From Lama glama (Eukaryota): 64,000 bases of DNA. The notes below the pieces were generated by a model, which saw only the letters and a list, made by a program, of their open reading frames with translations, did not search any database and was not told the origin of the DNA. This document shows, piece after piece, positions 35,276 to 49,683 of the stretch. A program made the translations under genes and the position numbers. Position 1 is the first letter of the stretch, and every line of letters starts with the position of its first letter. The stretch covers positions 42,782,001 through 42,846,000 of the forward strand of contig CM052816.1 of the NCBI GenBank assembly GCA_028534125.1, read 5' to 3'.

Positions 35276-38200
35276 TTGCAATGCTCTGTCTCTGATAAAC
35301 TGCAAAATGTCATGGCATTCTAGTGAACCTAATCTCTATTAGAGAAGAAGCAAAGTGAATCAGGCAGCATGCTAAAGATCTATGGGAGCATACAAGTATA
35401 TAAGCAATAGTCCCTGACCACAAGGAACTTACACTCTAGGGAAAAGAAGTGAAGTAATAGTACAGACTGAAAGGTAATACACAGGCTCCCTCATGAACAG
35501 GATATGTTTCAAATATCTGTGCTGAGTTAATTTGGAATGTAGAACACACTTGACCATAGAAACAATGTTGACTGACATTGAGATTTATGAAAAATATATT
35601 TAATTTCATCTGTGGCATAGTATTGATTTTATAAACTATTTACTCTCTATGGCCTTGTTTTCACAGAACGTGTATTTTGAGTTCTTGGTCAGGATGACAG
35701 GACACATCTTTTTCTTCTTCTCTCTCCCACTGAACAGTGTCAGTGGGAGCAGGTGCTGGAGTGGGTTGGGTCAAGATGGATATTTTAGGGCCCCAAACAC
35801 GTGGCACTGGAAGAATCTAAGAGGCTTCTAGATTTACTTCTCATCTGACATTCAGTTTGTCCTGTGATATTCCTGCCAAGTGGATTGTGCAGTCTGTGCT
35901 TTTTCATCTCCAGTGATGGGAAACACACTTCCTTTGAGCAGCCCATTCCATATTTGTACAGGTCAAATTATTAAAAGCTCTTCTTTTGAGCTGAAGTTAG
36001 TCTCCCTTTACTTTGGACTATTCATTAGTCCATCGAGCTTCACTTTTACATGAATAATCTCTCCTTTCGAAAAACCCTTCTCACCTTCCCCACCAATCCC
36101 CACCCCTCCACCCCAGGCCTTCCCTAGTTCCTTCAGGCAATTATCAGATAGTTTCAGGTTTGTTTGTTATTTGCTCATTCTTTCCTGGACATAAAGCATG
36201 TTTGCTCATCAGTAACTTACTGTGTCAGAAGAAGTACTTTTGAATTGTATGTGCACATCTCAATGTGTGTTGTTCATTTAATAACAGTATCAAAGTATAA
36301 AAAGTAACATGAGCTAATACTGAAAAAGGGATTCTTCCTTTCTCACTTTAGCGAATTGAGATTACTGCTTTTTGACTGTGGAGAAACTAAGAACTAAATA
36401 TTTTTGAGTAGGCTTTGGCAGCTGGAAGGTCATAGTACTGAGCAGGTGTTGGATATGTAAGGAACTCCAAAAATGTATTACCTTCACTTAGGTTTTTTTT
36501 GATCTGAAAGACATAGTGCATCTGTGTAGAACATAAAGCATCTGTTAAATTTCAGTTGAGTGGCTCAATCACTAAGTGCTTCAGTGATTCAGAGGAGTGG
36601 TTTCCTTTGCAGGCTTTAGTCTAGTATTCGTGTAATGACTGATTTGAAGAGGATTGTGTTTGATGATAGCCATCTTTGAGGAACATAGACCAGAAAGTTA
36701 CCTCTTGAGAGATCAAGGAAGAACTGGGAATTTTTAATGTGCAGAAAAAGCATATAATAACCATTGTAGGTTAAGAATGGGGAAAAAAGTAGTGAAGTTG
36801 GTTGAGAGGGTGGCAGGAGATAAAGAGAACGGAACTGGTAGATACTGTGTTCAGGTACTCCGTCCACATATGTGTCAGGTAAGGGATGTCATCCTCACTT
36901 TATTAACAAGGACGTAGGTTTGGAGGTGAAGGTGCCCAAGATCTGCGGAGACTTGATCCATCCGTCTTGACTTGGTGGATGGATATGGCTGAACGAAAGG
37001 GCTGACAAAATCTGGGGTGTTTTTTAAGAACAGAGTTGAAATGACTGAATAAATCAGTAAATCAGTAAAATCAGATTGGGTGGGGAGGATAATCACTTGT
37101 GGCTGGTTGGGGCCTTAAAGAAATGGAGAGTCAGGTTTTAACTTTTATTTGACTTCCTCACCCCTTGTTTAACTTTTATTTTATTTTCCTGAACTTTGTT
37201 GGGATCACAGTACTTTCTTTTCTTACCAGTAAGACCCCTTTCTGTGGAGCTAACCATTCTTTTTAAGTATGTATGTTTTAGGACAGTAAACTCACTTTTA
37301 TTTCTTGTCCTTCCCCACCTGTTTCACCTAAATTTTGTTCATTTCCTAGTTCTAAAGTAGCGTTTTTTTCCCCTTTAAAAAAAAAAACTTTATTCAGTTT
37401 TTCAAAACCACCTCCACTCTTTCCAGGAAGCATTCTAGATGAATTTTGTCTGACAGAATCCATTCCAGATTTGCCATCAAAAGATACTTAGATTTTGTAG
37501 TCATGTAGTATTTCAGATGGCTGTTCAGATTTTTCATATTTAAAAAACTTTGCTCTAATTTCATTAAGTTACAAACTAGTTGCATGATGTGGGTAACTTT
37601 TTTCATATTTATAATTCCTTATGTGGCTTAGAATAAGGTTCACCTTAGTGTAGTCAGGTTGCAAATTGGGAATAAAGAAGTGCCCTTAATTGCCCTATGT
37701 TCCAAGCAAAGCAGCATGGAAGTAGGTGATACTCTCTTCTGGCTCAGTTTTTTATACTGAAGTCAGTGTATTTTGAGTTTATGGAATTTTCCAAATCTTT
37801 CTGATTGCTTATGGAAGTTCCATTTATCACCTTGAAGCTACAGGAACACAGTATAGACCAATTCAGAAACTTGGAGATTAAGATTAGTGTCTCTTTGGGG
37901 GAAAAATGGTGAAAAATTGTATATAATTATTTCTTATGTTTTAAATTATGAATTATGAAAATTGGACCTGAATCTTATGTGTTGAATTCATTATGTTTTG
38001 GGTTATGTACATCATCTTTTTAATGTGCTTGTCTTATGTTTTACTTAATTTAGATGGATAAACATTTAAGGGACAATCTGTAACTCAGTTTAAAAAGAAG
38101 ATAGAGGTAGTGATAGTAGGTAAAAGGTAAATGTCTAGAATGGTAAATAATAGGTAATTGGAGTCTGCTTTTACTTAGTGATTGTAAGTACCAGTTCCTG

Positions 38201-39830
38201 TCAGAAGGAAGGTTTAATGGTGTAGGTCATCACACTGGATTAGAGGTCATCACACCAGATTAGAGATCATCACCAAGTACCTTCAGACTTTTGTCATTAG
38301 GTTTAAAGTTATCATATGTTGCTTTTCTGTAATTAACTTCCATTGTCATTATTGTTACTATTTTTTTATCAGTATTCTTTTAAATTTTACTTTGTGGATT
38401 CTTCGTATCTGCACAACTGAATGTAACTTAAGTTCCCATAGCTTTAGCTGGGGTGTGTAGACATATCAGTTCATCTGCCTGTATTTGTTAGTTCTGAGGC
38501 ATATCATTGTCTTTTGGCATGGTTGTCACTTTCTAACTTTTTTAAAGTGCAGTTGTTGCTACTTTTTATTCTTGATGTGTTGAATAAAAATCCTTTAGGT
38601 TGGTAGTAAAAAAAAAAACTTTCATTGAGTGAAAATGTGCAAAAGAAATGCTCTTATTTAAAAAAAAATCATTGAGCTTGCAGAGAAACAATGGGAGGAG
38701 AGGTATAAGGGAAAGTGTGTGGAGCTGTGAGAGACTCTTAAGGACACTTGTAAGAGAGCTAGATTTTTCTCTGGAGTGTCGGGAATGCTGGGAATAGAGG
38801 GAAGTATCCCAAGTAGACGAATGTGAGGTTATGTGGAATCATTGTGTGTAGTCGGGTTTTATACTCTTGTGAAGGAAATGGATTTGATGGTACCTAGTAG
38901 GCGCCCTGTAAAGCTCTGTTTAGAAAATGAGTGAATGAGCCTCTTCCTTCTCCATGCCACCTCCCCACAAAAGAGGAGGAAACTTTCAAGACTAGAAAGT
39001 GGTAGATTATTTTGTCTTTTTAAAAAATAATCTCCTGAAAGTGATATGTATGTGTATATATATGTATTTCAGGTGAAGAGAGAGGGCCTCAGTACTAGCT
39101 TGTTATGCTAAATGTGGAATCAAATGAAGAAGGAAAAGGAAGAGAAGGATAGAGGATTCCCTTGCAGCAAGAGTAGTTGTAATTACGTGTGGGGACACAT
39201 AGGGATATAGAAGGGGACTGAACGGTAGAATTGGTTACCAAGAGAAGAGTGGAGTTTGTCCACACGGTCTTTGCAGATTACCTACTTAGAAGCATTTGAC
39301 AGCTCTGTGTTTGCTACTCCATTGAAATCCAGACTTGTCTGTCTGATTTTGAGGGTCTTTTGCAATCTGGTGCTCTCCTTTGCCTACCCAGCCTAATTTT
39401 CTTCTCTTCTTCAGCAAGTCCCTTCTGTTCCACTCAGCCCAGTTTCCTCATTGTTTCCTACATGTGCCACGTTCATTTCTGTCTTCTGACTCTGCTGCAG
39501 TGCCTCTGACTGGAGTAACTTTCCTTCCTCCCGCCATTCTCAAATCCTTTCTCCTCCTAGTCGCTGTGGTTACTTCACACCACACTTCTTTTCTTCTCCG
39601 AGCTCCTATTGCACTCGAACCCAATCACACGCTAGATGATAGAAAACCTGGTGATCTTTGTCCTGGGAATCTTGCATTCTTCTGTTTGTTTTTGCTTAAT
39701 ATCTTGAAGCTGTTTTTATTCTTTTCTGATATGGATATCTCTTGATTTTTATTTCCCTTGATGTCTCTCTTTATCCCTTCCCATTGGTCCAGATTATTTG
39801 TCATCATCTTTGATGTTCTCTTCTTTTTAG

Positions 39831-39986
39831 TCTGCAGGTTTATCCACCAAAGATAACTTTGGTGTGAGAAACTTAATGTGAAATCAGCAAAGAAATTTAT
39901 TGCCTGCTCCAAACAAGATTTGTAGACTATTAAAAAAAAATCCTTCTGAAGTTTGCGTCTATAAATTTATGCCAAGATAATTTCAG
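39831..39986 (+). other. SKIC3: Putative SKIC3 5'UTR exon (alternative acceptor at 39838)
   Basis: Long pyrimidine tract gttctcttctttttag and CAG|GTAACA donor; unique sequence upstream of the ATG exon. Confidence 0.5.
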
Positions 39987-40799
39987 GTAACAGAGAAGTT
40001 TCTAAAAGAACACATGAAATATGTTGCTTTAATTGTATGACTGTTGTAACTGGGTAAAAAGTCACCTTTCTGCCTATTTAGGGAATCTCATTTTGGCTGC
40101 AAATAAATTGATATTATGATATCTTAGTTTTTATATTATTTGAATCTAAAATTCTTTAAGTCAAAAGGATTGTGTTTTAAAAAAATTCCCTAGCTTCTTG
40201 AATTTCTTTGATCTTGTACTTCTGCCTCAGCCTCTTTGGACATAAAGGATTGTCAGTATACCATGTCAGTGAGCCATCTTTTTGTCATTTTGCTGCCTTG
40301 AACATCAGCAGTCTATGATGACCTAGTGTTTACCTAGCTTTGTTTTACCTTCTTGAGGTTAGAGTTCAGTGGAGCTGGAAAAAAATACAAATGTTTCTTT
40401 TTCCAACACTGAGTTGTGATTGAATTTGACTTGTTTACTGGTAAAGCAGTATAAGTTGTGAGATCTTAAGAAATATTAGTTTATTTAAAATTAAATTAAT
40501 ATACTTAATTATAAAGAATACTGTATTACTGTAATCCTAAAGTAATCCTTATTGTGAGGAAAGTTAATATCCTAATTTATGTTTTATAGAAACTAACATT
40601 AAAACAGAATGCTTTCTTAAGCTCTTACATCATAGTTACTGAAATTTATCTGTATTAGTGTTTTTACTCTATGTCTTGGGCTTGCTCTGCCTGCTTTGTG
40701 TGGAATTGGATTGAGATTGGTGTGTGTTTGGGGTCTTGGTCCATAAGATCACATGTGTTTTAGTTTACTATATGGAGAGTAAGTATAATTCAAATACAA

Positions 40800-41185
40800 G
40801 TCAATTTCAACAAACATTTTTAGTATATTCAATCTGTCAGATACTAGATGCCGAGGATACAGCAGTTAACAACAAACAAAAATCCCTACCTGCATAGAAC
40901 TTACATTCTGGTGGAGTTGGGGAACAGAACACAAATCAAATAAATAAGTAAAATATATAATACTATATTAGATGATGATAAGTGCTTTGAAGAAAAATAA
41001 ATGCAATGTTAGGGAGGAGGTTAGGGAATATTGAGTGGTTGGGAGTGCAGAGAAGCAAGTGTTGAAATTTTAAATAATATGGCCAGGGAAGGTTTCACTG
41101 AGGAAGTGACTTGAGTAAATACCTGAAAAGATGAGAGAATAAGCTATGTTTATTTTAGGGGGAAAGAACATTCCATGTAGAAGAA
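40800..41185 (-). mobile_element. L2 3' fragment just upstream of the SKIC3 ATG exon
   Basis: ttcaacaaacattt...aaaatccctacctgcatagaacttacattct...ggccagggaagg..tcactgagga. Confidence 0.7.
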
Positions 41186-41211
41186 ATTATACATGCATTT
41201 TTCAGAGGTAA

Positions 41212-41433
<222 letters not shown>

Positions 41434-43272
41434 TAATTTGTAATATGTGACTCATTTACTGTCTGGGTATAACAGAAGTGCTCAGGCCATTTAGGAGAAC
41501 CATCAGAGTGAGATTCTTACTAGGACAGGCTACTTTTGCCTTTCTCTGTTTTGGTAACTTAATCAAAGACAAGTGCTCAAAACCTGAATGTCTCTTTGGT
41601 ATCTTTTGATGGGTTGTACCACGGAACACTGTTGTATCTTAATATCTTAATCCTTTAATGGTATGTTGACATTTTAATTCTCTTTGGTTTGTGGATGGGA
41701 GAATCAAGATTCTGAAGTTCCTTTATATGCTAATGGGAATGTTCTGGTTCAGAGGGAGAAGCTGGAGGTGCAGGAGGGATGCAGGCTAGTGGTGGGAGTG
41801 AAGTTCTTGGGAAGGTGAGTGGGATGGGACCCAGAGCTTGAGAGGAGGGGCTTTGATACTTTTTTCATCTTAACAGGAGGGAAGGTAGTTGGAGATTTAT
41901 AGCTGTCAGGTTTGTAGATTTGAGGGTGGGAAGATAAATGTTCCCCTCTGATGGCTTCTGTTTTCCTAGTGAAGTATAAGCTAAGGATGGAGGAGGAGTC
42001 GTATAGGAGGTTTGAGATGAAAGAAGATTGTGAGATTGTTATTATTCATAGTGGGAAAAGGAACTTACTAGTGAGGACTGGAAGGATTCCCAGGCTCTAA
42101 TGAATGTTCATTTGAAGTTTCCTGTTATTAAAGTGAAATCAGTGAACTCAGCTGTGTAGTTTCTTCCTTCATGTTCAACTTCTCAGGCTTGGAGGTGGGT
42201 GGGCAGGATGTAATTCAACTATGGATAGTAAGAAAGGTGAGGGGAAAGAGAGGCAAAGGAATGATGACAGTGATGGATCGTGGAGTCTAAGCTGGGAAAG
42301 GAGAGACAAGAATTGAGAAATGAGGTGATAGTGGAAGAGGGGGGTGAAGTAGGAAAAAATGGGCATAACAAGGTTAAAGAATTGTCCCCTTTACAGTAAC
42401 TGAACTGGGAGGATAGGGGTGGTGCATGTTGGAAATCCAGGGTTTGGATGGCTGAGTAGTGCCGAGGTTAAGTAGGTGGGAGACCTTGGTGTTCAGTGGG
42501 TCATCCACGTAAATATTAGAGTGATTACAGGGAATGAAGTGGAGAGGAAGGATACAGTATTTTCAGTGAGGAAAAGAGGACTTCCTAGAAGGTTGGTAGA
42601 TGGTAGCAACAAGAAGGATAGTATAGCTTGATGGCTCGACCTGGGATGGGATTTTCGAAGGAGGAGCAGAAGAAGGATGTAGGTGACAGTGTGAGCAAGG
42701 AGAACCCTTTCCTCACCTCCTGCTCCATGATGTGTGGGATGTACAAAAAAAGAAATCAGCTGCAGCATCTGAGATCCATAAGGGAATAGCCAAGTTTCTT
42801 TGAGGCAGAACTTGCGACAGTTAAAAGAAAGGTTAAAAATATAGAGGGAACGTGACTGGTCCAGATTGGAAGTTCTAGAGGTTACGATAAAAAGTTTAGG
42901 GCAGTGAGAGGGAGAGAATTGGGTAAGATTGGGGGAAATGCATAGCAGTATAGGATGAGAGTCTTAAGGGGTGAAGGGTGAAGGATGCCCTTGAGAGGTT
43001 AGGCTTCTAGTGGTGAGTGAGCCCAGGAGGGATGGAAGCTGTTACAGAACTGACTCTTACACAGAAGAGAGTGGGCAGTCTGTTCAAACTGGGTGAGAGA
43101 AGAAGGAGGTAGGGGAGGGGGAGGGACTGTTTTCTTCAGCACTGGGCTTATCTAACTAATACACAAAGGAGATTGCTTCTGTTATATATGCAGCAGCACC
43201 TCAGCAGTCTTCTTTCTGATTCAGATATGAATTCCACCAAGAAGCTTATAATTTATACTGGAGAGATTCAAC

Positions 43273-43886
43273 TAGAAAGCAAAGATGAGGAGTTAGTGGC
43301 AAATGTGTAATTACTTAGGTGTAGTAATGCAGAATGTTGATTGAACCTCAGTGATATTTTTATTGAAGAGATGGTGCATCTTAGTGTATTTGCCTTGTCT
43401 TGTCTTATCTGGCACCTTGTCTGCCCATGTGCCTCTATACCTCAGAGAGCCTCCTTTGGCTTGTGCAGATGGAGTTTGGAGTCAGGCACTTTTTTCTTTA
43501 TGTTATCCTAGAACTCCATATCTGCTTTCACTACATTGTTATAATTATTTCCCTAAAAGTCTGTTTCAGATTCTGAAAACCTGGTCATTAGGCAGATAGC
43601 AGGTCCTTACTGATTGCTGGTTGACGATGGCATATGTTATTTGTTCAGCAGTTATGTTGGTGTTGGGGTCACAAGTGTTAATAAGGCCCCAGTGTTGGGA
43701 GCTTAGCTTTGGTAGTTATCTCATTGTTGTTGGTTTTTTGGGAGTTAGCATTATGGGATATGATGGAATTTGTAAGATATATTGGTGACAGATTGCTAGA
43801 AGCATTACGTGGATGCACATAAGCCTAATCTGACTGGCTCAACTCATGGAAATGTTCTCATTTTCTCTATAATATGTAAAACCTTA
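43273..43886 (+). repeat. Dispersed direct duplicate (copy B, SKIC3 intron; probable donor)
   Basis: See copy A; the ORF track independently shows shared peptides (RTPYL.SLHCYNYFPKSLFQI.KTWS). Confidence 0.93.
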
Positions 43887-44569
43887 CAAGCTAATTTCAT
43901 TTTAGCTACCAGTTTTGTTTTTCTTTCACTGGAACATCTTTGCTTTCTATTTCAAACTCTTTTACCTGAGCAAGTAGTAGTTACTTCTGAAAGAAATAAC
44001 TCTGCATATAATTTTTATTCTAGTTGACAGGTGTTGTTTAAATATTCATTGCCACTGTTTTTTTTTTAACGTATTTGGTACAGTCACATTGGAGTCAACC
44101 TACTTTCCTAGCCTATAATTTCAGTGAAAAATCTGTGTAACATGGGTAAATGTTATCATAGAGAAGGAAAATATGGGCGTTGGATGAGGTGAAATGATAT
44201 TGAAAGTGGTTTTGTGAGTGACTAGTAGCAGTGTGGCGTGGAGGCAGGTGGGTTGGTTGGGTGGTAAGAACAGTCTTATTGTTCTTTTTATATCCAGTGT
44301 TCTCACGAGGCAGAGGGAGGCATTTGGTAGAGGCATCAGGATTACTTTGGTAGCTTTTAAAAAATATGCCTCATATTTCAGATCCCTTACAATCACTGAT
44401 CCAGTCCAACTCCCTCTCTTCCTGAGGAAACTGAAGACCAGAGAGGTTAAGTGGTATTCTTAAGATTGCCCAGTTAGTGGCGGATCCAGATTTCCTGACT
44501 TTTAAGTAGGTGGTCTTTTTATTGTTGTTTGTACATTAGCTCCCAAAATTTAATGACCTTCTCTTTTAA

Positions 44570-44806
<237 letters not shown>

Positions 44807-45796
44807 TAGTAAGCATTTAAGCCTCCATTTACCCAACATAGGAAAAAAATTACATTTATTGATCTTCTAAACCTGGAAGTTAGTTTCAAAAAAAGTGATG
44901 CCAAGGATGCTTTTTATCACTGTTGAACATCCAATCCAGTGTCCACGTTACGACAGAAATTAAAACATGATCATATACATCTCCAACTGAATTATATGTG
45001 CATATGGGAGATATATCAAGAATATTCTTTATGCTTACCCAAGGGAAGAAGAAATGTATATTAATGTGCTTTTTAAAAAATTATACAAAATTTTGAAACT
45101 CTGTACCTTTGAGTACTAGTTAAAATCTTTTTTCTTATTTAATAGTCTGTGTGCTTTTTACTTGGCTTCTCCAGCTTTTTCATATTTAATAATTCTGTTT
45201 CATCTCAATCACATCTTAGAAACTGTGATTAATAGGAGGTAGTAGGCCTAGAGAACATGAGCCTGTTTGTCTCAGGTTCACATGAACCAGAACATGAGTC
45301 AGCATATCTGGTAACATATCTCTGGTGCCTGCTTTTATTATGTACTGACTGGTTTAGGATAGCTGATCTTCAGTTGAAGCAAAAATGACCGTTTCCACAG
45401 ACTACTTGGGTTTTTCTTGTTTGGCCATATAAAAGTAGTGTCACGTGGTAAAATCTTAGGGGTTAAGATTGCATAATAATTATTAAAAGGTATTTTTTAT
45501 TGTGAGACATTTCAAATATTTTCAAAAGTAAAGAGAATGGTAAAATGAACCCATCTGTGCTCATAACCCAGCCTCAGTGAAAATCCACTTGTGGCCAATA
45601 TTTTCCATCTATACTTTTTCCTATTCTCTCCTACTCATAGTTATTTGGAGGCAAATCCCAGACATATGCTTCCATCCACAAATTATAATAATCTCTACCA
45701 TAAATAATCTCTATTGGTTGTCACTTTATTTAGTAAAATAAATGTGAGCACACTAGATATTTTTGGAAGAATAATCTCTACTATTTTTTTTTTTAG

Positions 45797-45889
<93 letters not shown>

Positions 45890-46252
45890 TAATCAATATG
45901 TGGGGAGAAGCTAGTTTCTTTAAAAGCTTGAATTAGAATAAACTGATTAAAAATTATATAGAAGTAATCTGAACATTTACTGGGAACTGGGAATTACTTT
46001 TCTTTGAAAGTGTTACAGAATCTTTTGATTTTGGTTGAAACAGAGGCTTGACTAATTTGAGAACTTTGATACTATTTTCAGTCAATATAATGAAAAATAA
46101 CATTTCTTAAACCTTTTCTTTTTTATGAGAGGCTCATTTTATAAAATTTCACTGTAGTATGATAGAGAATATGTTCTAATTTAAAATAGTGCCTGACAGT
46201 ATTTGGGGATATGTAAATTTTTATGTCTAAAGTCCTCGTTTATTTTCATTAA

Positions 46253-46369
<117 letters not shown>

Positions 46370-46894
46370 TAATGATTTGCTGGGGTAGTAGATTTCTTAT
46401 AATAAAACCGTTATTAGAGGAAAGCTTTCATTTAGCTTAAGGAAAAATTTTTAAAAATTAATGTGTAGTATGTTATTAAAATAAATTATAGTGCTTTGAA
46501 AGCTGTAAATTGGAATTCAAATTTTAGATATCATAATGTCAAAAAGTTTTTGAAGCTGTGCAGAAGTAAATAAAATAAGTAAAAGTACCATCTGTAAAAT
46601 TTAGTGACCCATTTGTGGTATCTCCAGAACTGATGCTGTGAGTTATGAGGATGGGGGCATGTAGTCATTATTCCCAGTTATACTCTGCCATCTCAGCCAT
46701 GCTTCTAATATAAGGGCCAAGTGGATTTGTCCAATTATCTTACTGTTTATGGAGTTCATAATAGATGGAGTTCTGTGCTTTTTCTATTTTTACGTATTAG
46801 CAGATAAAAAATACTTTGATTTGCAGATTTTATATTTTTAATTGCATTTTAATAATTAAGATAAAGTAACCATTTTCAATTTCCTTCTTGATAG

Positions 46895-47035
46895 GTGGCC
46901 CGAACATGGCACAAATTGATAAAGACACGGCAGGAGGAAGGTGCAGACAACCAAGAGCTTCATCAGCTGTGGAGGAAATTGACTCAGTTGCTGGCTGAAA
47001 GCACTGAGGATCAGAATAATGAGACCCAGCAACTG
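46895..47035 (+). CDS. SKIC3: SKIC3 coding exon 5: [47 protein letters not shown]
   Basis: gatag acceptor, CTG|GTACTG donor, 141 nt. Confidence 0.95.
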
Positions 47036-47656
47036 GTACTGATGCATTTATTCCCCGCAGTTTGTGTCATGAAAATTGATTATTTAATTGAATTTGGAAA
47101 ATGGAAACATAATGATATAATATAGAAAAGTACTGTATATCAGACTAGATATTTTATAAATGGTCAGTTTTAAATTCATAGAGGTTCTTCCTTGTAAAGT
47201 CAGAATTGCAGTCTGCAGTCTCATACTAAGTCTGGACAGAGTGGAAATAGTATTCAGGGTATCAGAATTTTACTTCCTTGTATTCATAAGAATCCACAAT
47301 AAATCAGTTACTTAATCACTGTGAAAAAGAAACTATGAAAATGGCTTTTACAAAACTGCTGTAATTTCTAAAATGTTGTACCTTAAATGTATGTTTCTTT
47401 ATGTTTGTGAACTAGGAGTACTAAATTACTTTGGGGTTTAACAATTGAACTAGAATATTTTATTTAGAATGTTTGTATTTAGTAGAGTACTTATACCTAG
47501 AAATACTCCTTCTTAAGGTACACATTTTGAAGTAATTGAAAAGAATTTTTAAAAGACTATAAAAAAGCCCATTGGTTTTGAACCATAACTGGAAAATATT
47601 TTCATCATTCTATTTTTTTATATTTGTAAGCTTAAAAGTAAACTCAATTTCTCTGT

Positions 47657-47890
47657 ATTAAAGACCTAAATGTAAGACTGGATACTCTTAACACTTCTAG
47701 AGGATAACATAGGCAGAACACTCTGACATAAATTGCAGCAATATTTGTTTTTTAATCCATCTCCTATAGTAATGAAAAAAAAGCCAAAATAAGCAAATGG
47801 GACCTAATGAAGCTTAAAAGCTTTTGCACAGCAAAAGAAACCATAAACAAAATGAAAAGACAATCTGCAGAATGGGAGAAAATGTTTGCA
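47657..47890 (+). mobile_element. Isolated internal L1 ORF2 fragment (no 3' end, no poly(A))
   Basis: attaaagacctaaatgtaagac...aaaagcttttgcacagcaaaagaaacc...gaatgggagaaaatgtttgca. Confidence 0.85.
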
Positions 47891-49310
47891 TTCTTAGTAT
47901 TGTAAATAGCCACTTGATGTACACCTCTTAAATTGAGTGGAATTTTTAAACATAAGCAATTACAAGCTCTATATAGGATGGGAACCTCATTTCTTTGTAT
48001 GTTTGTTCATTTATTCACTCATTAATTTGTTCCTTTAGTCAGAAAATATTATGTCAGGCAGTGTCCTCAATGCTGGGGACGAAAGTGTGAGAATAAGATT
48101 TGCATTTGTTTGTGTATTGGTTTATCTGTGTATAGATTCAGTTGTGGAAAAAACTGAGCAGTGACAAAATTAGGTGATTTATTAACGTCTCTTAAATCAT
48201 GTCTTCATGTTGTGACTTCCTTATTTCCTTAAAACAGTATAAGTTACCAGAATATCAAACATATCAAAAAAGTAAAATGTGTTTTTAGATTACCTATATT
48301 ATACTTCTCTATGAAAGAGAATTAATTATATTTATCATTTTAAGATTTGACTTCTAAGTGTTAAAAATCAGATAAAAGGATTTTTTTTTGGAGGGGGGAA
48401 TTATTTTCACCTTGAATGCTAGTGATACTGCAGAATACTGCTTAATTTAAGTGTGTTAAAAAGTGTCATTTTTTCCATGTGGATTAATTTCATTACTTTT
48501 TTAAAAAACCCTCTGTGCTAGACTATTTAAGTTAGCTTCCTTTTTTTTTTTACAAGATCATTAATTTTATCAGAGTAGTAAAATTTTACTTATTCATGTA
48601 GGCTTTATACCATACTTTGCAAGGAAAGTTTGAGATAGTGATCTGTATTATGAGTTTTCATTATAAAGTCATGGAAATTCATTTTTAAAAATGTAGAACT
48701 TATGTAACCAAATGAATGATATTCTTTGAAGTGCATGCCTTGGATTCTAGTATTGCTGTTCTTGCTCAGGACACATTTAGAAGGCCTCCTTTGGGAATGT
48801 TGAATGTTCTTCAAAATCAGTTAATAATACTCTGTAAGAGAAATGATTTCATTATAGTTCAGCCATATCTCTGGTTTTCTTTTAGTAAAAGTATAACTTA
48901 ACTTCATAAAAAATTTTTTTGAGATTGAAGATTCGCTATCATGAAGATTTTCCAAAGAATGTGCTGGTGATTTCAGAAGAGATGTTTTAAAAGTGGTCTG
49001 AGCAGTGGCAGCTACATTGACGTACAAGACTATACCTCTCCATTACTTAGAAGGGAGCAGCAAGCACTTACAAGAATGTTTTGTCAATATTACTGGTTTA
49101 TAGTTATCCCCAATTAGTTCAGTGCAGCCTGCTGGCCAGTTGGAGTTAGGACATATTCCAAACTTCAATAAGCATTTTTTCCCCATTGAAATCGTCAGGG
49201 CTAGACAGTAAAACACATTTGCAGTTATTAGTTGAGGGTGTAGTTTGTATAAGTGACCTTTCTATGTTCAACTAGTTATTTTTGTCACTTAAGTTTGCTA
49301 CAGATGATAG

Positions 49311-49436
<126 letters not shown>

Positions 49437-49455
49437 TGATTTTAAACATCTGTAA

Positions 49456-49683
<228 letters not shown>

